A stretch of DNA of 64,000 nt from Eledone cirrhosa (lineage: Eukaryota), in NCBI GenBank assembly GCA_964016885.1, contig OZ024752.1:40176001-40240000 (forward strand), read 5' to 3'. Each line of letters begins with the position of its first letter. Within the stretch, counting starts at the first letter, position 1. Under the pieces are notes generated by a model that was given only the letters and a program-made list of their open reading frames with translations, was not told the DNA's origin and made no database searches. Both the position numbers and the translations under genes were made by a program. Below, in pieces: positions 12,201-64,000 of this stretch.

Positions 12201-15200
12201 TCATTTACAGTGAGTGCTGGGTGCTTTTTTTCCGTGGCGCCTACACGTCCACTTTACAGTGTGGGCTGGGTGGTTTTTTGCCGTGGCACCTCCACGACCA
12301 CTTTGCAGTGGAATGATAGGGACCTCAATCCTATCATCTCATTTTTACAGCTGAGTAAACTGGAGCAATGTGAAATAAAGTGTCTTGCTCAAGGAAACAA
12401 CACATCACCCGGTCTGAGAATTGAACTCACAACCTTTCGATTGCAAGGCCAATGCTCTAACCACTAAGCTATGTGCCTAAATATATATATATATTAGAAT
12501 TTATATTTCTGCTTATATGTTTGAACATTGTTTCTAATTAGCTATCTTTAACCCTTTTGATACCGAATTGCTCATGCAACTTCTTGAGTCATTTTTCTTT
12601 CGAAGGTGAAGCATTCATTTGGCTCCTTCTAATGGCTAGAATATGTGGCTTGCCACACCTGCATAAACATCCACGCCACTGTTGTCCAAGGAGAAGGCAA
12701 TGTCTCACTACAGCTCGGCACCTGTCACTTGCAACTCATTTCTACAGCTGTAAGAGTAAACTGGAGCGATGTGAAATAAAGTGTCTTGCTCAAGGACACG
12801 AGACACTAACCACTAAGCCATGTGACTTCACTACAAATACATAACTACCCGTTTTAAAGAGTTTATCTAAAAACTTTCCACAATTTTATGTAAGAACCTT
12901 TAAATTATGTTGTAAATACCCACTCAAAAGAAAATTAGTTATAGTGTTCCAAAATTTGTGGTTGTTTTCAAAATGATTTGAAAATTTAAGACGTCTTTCA
13001 ATTATTTATGAAGGGTTTATTAAAATTATTTTATTACTCATGGCTGCGTTTCCAAAGTCAAATTTTAAATATTAATATTTTTACAGGAAGAGGAAGATGA
13101 TGAAGAGGAAGATGAGATGGATGTAGATCACTTAAAGGAATTGATCATGGCTTCTGATGATGATGATACTATGGAGGAGGGTGATGATGACGATGACGAT
13201 GACGATGATGATGATGATGACGAAGAAGAAGATGATGAGGATGATGATGATGATGAGGAGGAGGAGGAAGATGATGATGAAGAAATAGGTATGTTTCAGA
13301 TGCTCACATTTAAAAAAAATATTTGCATTTAAAATTTTGTTTTCTTTGGTTACCTTGTTTAATAATTTTCCTTTCTCTTAAAACTAGATGAAAAGGACAT
13401 TGAAAAGATGCTTAAAGTACTCAGAAGTAAGGAGACCAAGAAAGAGGCCACCCCTGCAAAAACCCCTAAAACTGACAAGGGCAAAAAAGCCGAAGCAGCT
13501 ACACCTGCTAACACCCCTAAAGCTGCCAAAGCTAAAGCTGCTGAAGCTAAGAAAACAGAGGCACCTACTCCTGCCAAAACCCCTAAAGCTGGCAAGGCTA
13601 AGAAAACAGAAGCTACTGCTACACCTGCAGTAACACCTAAAGCTAAGAAAACAGAGGCTGCTCCTGCTGGCAAAACCCCCAAAGAGGACAAAGCTAAGAA
13701 AACACCAAAAGCAGCTGCACCTGAAGAGGAAGAAAAGGCAGATGCTGCTGAGGATGAGATACAAGTACTATATAAAGAACAGTTAAGTAAGTTGTATTTA
13801 CAAGTCTATCCTCCTTACATTGGTTGGAAACCAAGTGTCCTTGGACCCTGTACTGCTGACGTTTGTAAAATGCCTTTGCTGCTTTGTCTGGTCTTAGTTG
13901 TAGTCTGTCACCCTTTCTTTTGTTGCCCTTTCACTCCTTTTCTCATGGCATTTATGGTCATTCCCAATGCAACTGTCTTTTTCTGTGTTTCACTAAATAT
14001 TAAATTCTTTATTATTTTTATGGAATATATTTGAGTACTCAACATTTCTTTTGTCATATCTGTACGCACCTTTATCTATGACTGAACAAAATGATTTTTT
14101 TTAATCAATTCTTTTGATATCACCTTGGCCAAAACTGGTCTTGCTTCTATGGGGAAAAAGCCACCTATTTTAAAGGGTTCCTATTTAACTTTTAACATCC
14201 TGTAACAATTTAGTAGGAAATGCTAAAAATGGGTTTGTTAATTTAAATGGTTGGGGGGTCATTTGTTAAAGAAGGATGAGAGGAGTGATGGAAATTAATG
14301 CGAAAGGAGTTAGAAGATAGTTATGGCTAAAAATGTAGGAAAAAGTAAAAGCCTGAAGATTGGTGCGGTGGGTAGAAATGATAGGGGAAAGTGAAGCTTG
14401 TCACGTGGGCTCTGCATGGCTTTAGCAGGTAAGGAGGGCTTTAAAATGTTTGTTGTAGTTGCTATATATTGCTATCTTTGTTTCAGAATCCTTCAATGAA
14501 AGAAATAAGAGAACACTTTTTGTAAAAAATCTTCCCGCAAATGTCAAAGATCAAGATGTTCATAAGTTATCAAGTGATATATTAGTAGTCAGATTGAGAA
14601 AAACCCGAGATGGATCATTGTAAGTTTTCAGATGTTTATTCTAATACTTAAAACTTTTAATTAATTATATCAGCCGTGGAACATTTTTTTATCTGTTTGT
14701 TAAAACTGCTAACTAAATAACACTGGTTGTTAAGCAGTTCTGGTTCTTTGAAATAAAACCACCCATTTTAAATGTTTCCAATTTAAATTAAAGACTTCAA
14801 ACCTAATTTATATAGGAACCTTACATTAAATTACTATCTTAGTATTGAGTAAATATCTCCAAATTCTTCATTAATTAATTGAAATATAGTGTATTTCATT
14901 AGAGATATGGTTGCAAAAGGTTTATGGCATTGATCAACCTGTGGTTATAGCAGACACTTGACTGGGTTCTGTGTTGCAACAGCAAAGCAAAACATTTTAA
15001 CCATACAACAAAGCTTATTGACAATATTTTATTTTGATATGGGTAGTGAAGTAATGAGAATACAGATGGTTTTTTTTAATGTTAATGTGTTCACTTATTT
15101 TTCAGCTATGCTTTTGTAGAATTTAAAAATGAAGAAATTGCAAAGAAAAACTTTAAGACACTTTCAGAATGTAAATTAGAAGGCAACGCCTTGTTTGTTG

Positions 15201-18170
15201 ATTATGCAAATTCAGACAAAACAGCGGACAGACCAAGAAAGAAACCTGGTAAGTATTGTTCTAGAAACTTCATATATCAAGGATTTTTTTTTAACAATTG
15301 TATTGCTCTAAATGAGTTGCTATTGTAGGTTTCACATAGGACCCTAATGAGTGGGAGTAAACTTTTCTCTCAGTATGTGTCCTTGTGTTTCGAATAATTA
15401 GCAGTTTTTGGAGTTTGTCTACAAACAGAATTTTGTATCCAGCCAGAATTTTCTCACCTTTTTCTGTTCAAACCAGCTGTAACCGACTGCTCAAATAAAT
15501 TATATCAAAATATCATATATTCAATATTATGTGAGGTAAAGTGTTTACTGTGAAAATACAACAGTAAATACAGAGTAATGTAAATGCTAAAGGGTTAACT
15601 TGGGGCACACACTAATAATTTGATGTAAATAGTTGTTCATTTAAATTGGCTTTTTGTTGGGATGTTGTCATATAGGATAACTGATTCGGACGAAAGTTCT
15701 AAGATATAATTCATATATATATATCTTAGTTGAAAACATGAATGTGTGACTTTTACTTATAATTTATAAATAAAGCACAATAGGTCCTTTTGACTTTCTT
15801 TGCTAATGCAGTTTCAAGCAAAGCAAGTCATTAACCCTTTAGCATTTACATTACTCTATATTTACTATTGTATTTTCATGGTAAAGGCTTTATCTTACAT
15901 AATATTGAATCTACGAGATTTTCATATTATTTATTTTGAGAACAATACCATAACATCAGTATCAGTGGCCAGTTTGAACAGAAAGGGAGAGTATTCTGGC
16001 CGGGCACACCCGATTTAAATGCTTTCAATACAATCTTGTAAGTGTATGGAAAGTGTTTTTTCTTTACTAATTGGTACCAACCATTTCAATGTTTGTGGTT
16101 AGCAGAAATTTCATTCTGCATTTGAATAGTAAACAACATGCCTTCATTGTGTGTGAGAAAATATTTATGGCCTTCGGGTTTTTATCAATGTTATCTTTAT
16201 AATTTAATGAAGGTTTTCATTTAAACCGGCTGTATCCAGCCAAAACTTTCTCACCTCTTTCTGTTCAAACCAGTTGCAACTGGCTGCTCATACATACATT
16301 AAGGTATTATTCTCAAAATAAATAACATCAAAATCTTGTAGATTCAATATTATGTGAGATAAGCATTTACTGTGAAAATACAATAGTAAATATGGAGTAA
16401 TATAGATGCTAAAGGGTTAAATTGAACAGTGTTGTGTGAAAACCAAGAATATGTGAATTGGTTGTTCTTTGTCACGTAATTTCTTAATTTTTAATTCCAG
16501 AAAAGCTTGATCCAAAGAAGTTATACATTACTGGTTTCCCACAAAAGACAACAGTAGAAGATTTGCAACAGTTAATTCCGAAAGCCACAATAACGTTGCC
16601 CATAAGGGCTTTAACAAATTTACCATTAGGGTAAGTGGTTGTCTACAAATGTGATAATTTAACGGCTTTTTTTTTTATTTTTTATTTTTGTGTGTGTGTG
16701 AATATGTTCCTGACACCCCAGCCCCCTTTCTCAATGTGTATCAATTAAATTTTAAAATAAATGGGTGTTTCGTTAGACAATTATGTATGGAATTTCTACC
16801 TGCCAGCTTTTTTTTTTTTTTCATTTCATAGTTACTAAGACACTTTAGTCTTCACTAAGTTGACTATGAGGCCTTTTGATTTCAGGTCTGGAATTTCTTC
16901 TCTAGTTCCTCTGTAGATTCCACTATGGGAACAACATTGTATCCTTACAGGAGTTCCTATGGACAACTAATGTTAAGCTCTTTCATTATGGCCTGCAATA
17001 TTATTATAAACACAATGCAGCTGAGGACAGGACCCTTGTGGACTCACCTGCCTGTTATATTCCTGGCTTTGCTGGTTGCATAACTGTACAGTCCTCATAA
17101 GCCAATTTACCCCCCAGGGGTAGCCCGGGTTCTATTATCAACTGACTGAATAAAATGTGGTTTTGTTACTTGGCAGTCATCCGGTTTAAGTTATATATGA
17201 AAGTAAAGCTCTGGCTGGTATTTATTACCTAGGAAGTTGTGTGAAGGTCATTGCCGGGAAGTCTGAAGATGATAAAATAAAAATGGTGGATTGTAAATTT
17301 GAAGATACAAGGTTCATATTTTCTGATTTTGTTTTGATTTCTCTAGGTATGCTTTTGCCAAGTTTGAAACCCCTGAAATGTGTACTGACGGACTGAAACA
17401 GATACAAGGCAAAGAACTCCATAATACCACCTTAATTGCCCTTTATGCAAAATTAGTGCCGCGATCAAAGGAATTAAAGAGGAAATTGGACCCACCTCAA
17501 GGTATGATTGATGGCTTGCATTTCTATTTAACCCATTCGTTACAAACCCTGCCAAAACCGACTCTGGTTCTATGAAATATAACCTCCATTTTAAAAGTTT
17601 GCAATTTAAATTAAATTCTTTCAGCATAATTTTATATAAGAGCCTTATATTAACCCTTAAACATTGAAAATGGCCAGAATTCTCTCAGCTCTTTCTCTTC
17701 AAACTAGCTGTAACTGGCCGTTCATAATGATGTTATGGTATTGTTCTCAAAATAAATATCAAATTAAATTCGATTATACAAGATAATTATGAGGTAATGC
17801 CTTTACCGTGAAAATATAAAAGCACATAGAGTAATGTCACTGTTAATGGGTTAAGTTACTACCTTAGTAATGAAATAATTAATTAATTGAAAAAGTCTAT
17901 TAAATTGGCCCCAATACTGGTGCTTTATATTGTCAATCCAAAACTAACCTGCAGGATTTGAACTCAGAACATAAAGCATGTCCGATGCTCTACTGATACC
18001 ACTAATCCTTGTTTAAAAAATAATGCTGTCTTTATTTTTATTTTTCAGTTGAACCTGCGGCTAAGAAGGCAAAAGTAGATAAAGAAGAGGAGGATGAAGA
18101 GGATGATGATGAGGAAGAAGAAGAAGAAGAGGAGGATGATGATGATGATGACGCTGATGATGATGAATAA
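5141..18170 (+). CDS. NCL: Nucleolin-like RRM protein, 11 coding exons, 509 aa: join(5141-5155, 9810-9863, 11472-11573, 11967-12041, 13087-13288, 13388-13786, 14487-14619, 15106-15248, 16501-16630, 17347-17501, 18049-18170)
   Basis: All introns are GT-AG with matching phases; total 1530 nt. Lys/Thr-Pro-rich N-terminus, D/E tract, TPAK/TPK repeats, RRM1 (RTLFVKNLP...YAFVEF), RRM2 (KLYITGFP...GYAFAKF), PAAKKAKVD, then a D/E tail and TAA. The family call comes from motif recognition; orthology is untested. Confidence 0.85.
8370..9340 (-). mobile_element. Degenerate CRE-like (RLE-type) non-LTR retrotransposon fragment in nucleolin intron 1
   Basis: GC-rich island; DGITIFPF and LTWDATCYDT motifs typical of the restriction-like endonuclease region. 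Confidence 0.55.
9810..9863 (+). CDS. Nucleolin-like exon 2 (VANTPKNKTPNSSKKKKE)
   Basis: tttccag acceptor, gtaagc donor, phase 0-0. Confidence 0.8.
10783..10965 (+). mobile_element. SINE family 2 (other copies: 28733-28885 +, 31795-31988 -, 42822-43005 -, 46180-46363 -)
   Basis: Near-identical to the 3618 units. Confidence 0.82.
11472..11573 (+). CDS. Nucleolin-like exon 3 (SVTKTKADTPRP...KKGPAT)
   Basis: ttttgtag acceptor, gtgagt donor, phase 0-0. Confidence 0.8.
11967..12041 (+). CDS. Nucleolin-like exon 4 (PKSKNVTPKTPQSNKRKSAAKKVEE)
   Basis: ttttag acceptor, gtagtt donor, phase 0-0. Confidence 0.8.
12092..12478 (-). mobile_element. SINE family 1
   Basis: Reverse complement of the type copy with one extra sub-block. 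Confidence 0.85.
13087..13288 (+). CDS. Nucleolin-like exon 5 (acidic tract)
   Basis: tttacag acceptor, gtatgt donor, phase 0-1; poly-D/E. Confidence 0.88.
13388..13786 (+). CDS. Nucleolin-like exon 6 (KKTEA-TPAK-TPKA repeats)
   Basis: actag acceptor, gtaagt donor, phase 1-1; same frame as ORF 13408. Confidence 0.88.
14487..14619 (+). CDS. Nucleolin-like exon 7 (RRM1 RNP2, RTLFVKNLP)
   Basis: tttcag acceptor, gtaagt donor, phase 1-2. Confidence 0.9.
15106..15248 (+). CDS. Nucleolin-like exon 8 (RRM1 RNP1, YAFVEF)
   Basis: tttcag acceptor, gtaagt donor, phase 2-1. Confidence 0.9.
15612..15760 (-). pseudogene. Diverged copy of gene 2 exon S plus its upstream intron, inside nucleolin intron 8
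   Basis: Aligns to about 21544-21698. Acceptor AG is retained; reads NFRPNQLSYMTTSQQKANLNEQLFTSNY*. Confidence 0.75.
16501..16630 (+). CDS. Nucleolin-like exon 9 (RRM2 RNP2, KLYITGFP)
   Basis: ttccag acceptor, gtaagt donor, phase 1-2. Confidence 0.9.
17347..17501 (+). CDS. Nucleolin-like exon 10 (RRM2 RNP1, GYAFAKF)
   Basis: ctctag acceptor, gtatga donor, phase 2-1. Confidence 0.9.
18049..18170 (+). CDS. Nucleolin-like exon 11 (EPAAKKAKVD plus acidic tail, stop)
   Basis: tttcag acceptor, phase 1, TAA at 18168-18170, AATAAA at 18237-18242. Confidence 0.88.
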
Positions 18171-20302
18171 TAATTGACAACACACTATCTTTTAAAGTCA
18201 TTTCTGTAACATTCATTGACATTTTCTTGTGGCTGCAATAAACAGCAGGACTATATTTAGAATCACAAATTCATTGCAGGATTAAAACCTTTTTTTCTAT
18301 AAATATAATTGTTCATTTGTGATCTTTTAATTTTAGAATATACACGAATGCTTAACCCTTTAGCATTTACATTATTATATATATACTATTATATTTTTGC
18401 AGTAAAGGCTTTACCATACACAATTATTTCAAATAATATCGAATCTACGAGGTGTTATTTATTTTGAGAACAATACCTTAATGTCAGTATGAGCGGCTGG
18501 TTTGAACAGAAACAGGTGAGAGAGTTCTGGCTGGTTTAAATGCTGAAGGGCTAATCTGGTCAGAATTCTCTCACCTCTTTCTGTTCAGACTAGCTACTCA
18601 TACTGATGTTAAGGTATTGTTCTCAAAGTAAATAACATCAAAATCTCAGATTTGATATGTGCAATAATTATGTTGTAAAACCTTTTCTGTGAAAATGTAA
18701 TAGTAAATGCTAAAAAGTTGTAAAGTCTTGTATTGCATTCAGGCAAAGTTTAACGAAAAATTTTAAAGGGTTTTTAATATGAATTTTAGTTAAGTTACAA
18801 ATACTATTTTCTTCATTTATTCCTGAGGCAGTTGTGGGGACAATCCTCAAACACTACATCCAACAGGTTCTGTCAGAACCAACCACCTTGCTCTGGATCT
18901 GCTGCCAATTGGTTTTGACCGTAAAATCTCTCCAGTGATTCTTTCTAGTTTAACATTGCATTAACTACTTTAGCTAACAGGGTAGCTTCTTCTTAACTGC
19001 CAGAAATATCAACCTTTCTCCCTCAAATCACACACTATCATTATAAAATACATATTGGAATGCCAGACAGCAAAAATATTTGGATGTCCACTGCTAAGAT
19101 GTTTCTAGTATAGTTCTGCTCAGCCAGGGCTGGCTGTGACCTAAACAGCTATTAAGTCATTGATCCCTTGCCATTCAATATGTGCTTAACCTTTTCAACC
19201 CATGTCTGCACATGAGCTCCTCAGCCAATGTGATAGGCTGATTGTTTTTTTTTTTTAGTTTAACCCAAATTCAAAATAGGCTTTACTTATTCCCCATCTG
19301 ACTGAAAGTGAAATTTGATAGTTCTGGTTTACCAGGAACTGAAGAGGAAGAATTGTAGGATGCATTATTTTTTATAAGTTGGCATCCATTTTTTTTTTTT
19401 TTTTTTTAAACTTTCAATCACTAACATCAAAGATATGTTCAGAGAAGAAAAGTAAACCAACTTTATTGATATCTATCATTTTTATCATGCTAGCATAAAT
19501 CAGATCAGATGGCAGTGTCTTGTCCATACATAACTGTTTCTGGTTTGGGTGCCCTTCCTAATGTAGCTACATTTATAGTGTAGACTGTGTTCTTTTTGTC
19601 ATGGTATATTCAACTGCTAACTAAGGAAGGGTTGGCTCTTTTCAATGAACCATATGCAGTTATTTTATCTAGAAATAAATTAATGGAGTGTGATTTAAAC
19701 TGGCCAGAATTCTCCCACCTTTCTGTTCAGGCTGTAACTACTGATGTTATGGTATTCTCAGAGATTCAATATTATGTGAGATAAAGCCTTTACCATGAAA
19801 ATAGAAATAGTAAATATAGAGTAATGTAAAGGGTTAAGGCAATTTTATTCTTACTGGGATATCTTTCATCACAGCTCCACTCAATCACACATGGGCAGAA
19901 ACAAAGCAATATTTTTTTTTATTTTTATTTTATTTTATTTTATTTTATTTTATTTACACTTAATACAAAGTTAAAACAATTTTGTGCAATGTGTACATAG
20001 GGTTTTCAAATAGCTGGTTAAAAACAAACTTTGGTAAGAAGCTCTCAAGAGCTGGACAGCAGAAGGTCCTCATCTGTGCTTACTTTGCATTTAAGCCAGC
20101 CAGAATTCTTTCACCTTTTAGAATTGGCCATAACCAGCTGCTCATATATATGTTAAGGCTTCTTAAAATAAAAAATATTAAAATCTAAATTTGATATGTG
20201 AGGTGAGGTAAAGCGTTTACCTTGAAAATACAATAGTAAATATAGATTAATGTGAATGCTAAAGGGTTATATAAATTTATTAAAAGACTGGTTTTGTTTC
20301 AT

Positions 20303-63631
<43,329 letters not shown>

Positions 63632-64000
63632 CTGCATAAAAGAATTACATTGCTTTAATTGAGAGAGTGTAAAATTATTTTGTATTAAATGATATTATAA
63701 AGATGAGAATTGTGCCATTTTATTTAATAGTCTATTCCATGAATACTTGAATTCAATTGTCTTCAAATACTTCAGTAATGTAGAAATGCAAGTTGTTATT
63801 GTTTAGCCACTTGGATGAAGCAGAGCAGATCTATAATCAATGTCATTTCAGCTACAATTATTCCATATTTTCGGGCTGTGTAAGCTGAACTAGACTATCT
63901 AATGTGTACTTCTTTTTTAAAGATGATAACTTGTGTAGTTTCAGGGAAATTTGGCTTTTATTTCTAAGATTAAGCAACTAGACACCTCAGATTAAGCAGT

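Noticed and set aside
12180-12467. Recurrent MPFLTPTSFTVSAG... ORFs (also 23619, 26290, 28041, 33183, 44461)
   Set aside because: Antisense translations of SINE family 1.
13787-14034. Hydrophobic C-terminal extension of ORF 13408..14034
   Set aside because: Read-through into intron 6; a strong GTAAGT donor at 13787 joins in phase to the RRM exon.

Overview
AT-rich eukaryotic DNA crowded with SINEs, RTE/CR1 LINE fragments, MITEs and (TA)n arrays. The repeat content looks cephalopod/octopus-like (inference, not shown directly). Two spliced genes, mostly invisible in the ORF track, were rebuilt by hand with every exon phase matching, and they lie tail-to-tail. (1) On the + strand, an 11-exon nucleolin-like gene (5141-18170, 509 aa): TP-rich basic repeats, acidic tracts, two RRMs, an NLS and an acidic tail, but no RGG domain. 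(2) On the - strand, a large 5'-incomplete gene (20 exons in window, 63631 down to 20303, about 1061 aa) of the mesothelin/otoancorin/stereocilin type, with an RRKRR furin-type site, a GPI-type hydrophobic tail, a (KKKGDEDDD)n exon and one GC-AG intron. Other notable items: several minimal hammerhead-ribozyme folds in Penelope-like inverted repeats; a frame-preserving copy of an exon of gene 2 inside a nucleolin intron; a tRNA-SINE built from pieces of two RTE LINEs; a young RTE LINE with an intact 627-codon ORF; a Helitron whose empty site is present in the window; an LTR with a tRNA-Trp PBS; and a 200-N gap that is probably a 10-bp overlap.
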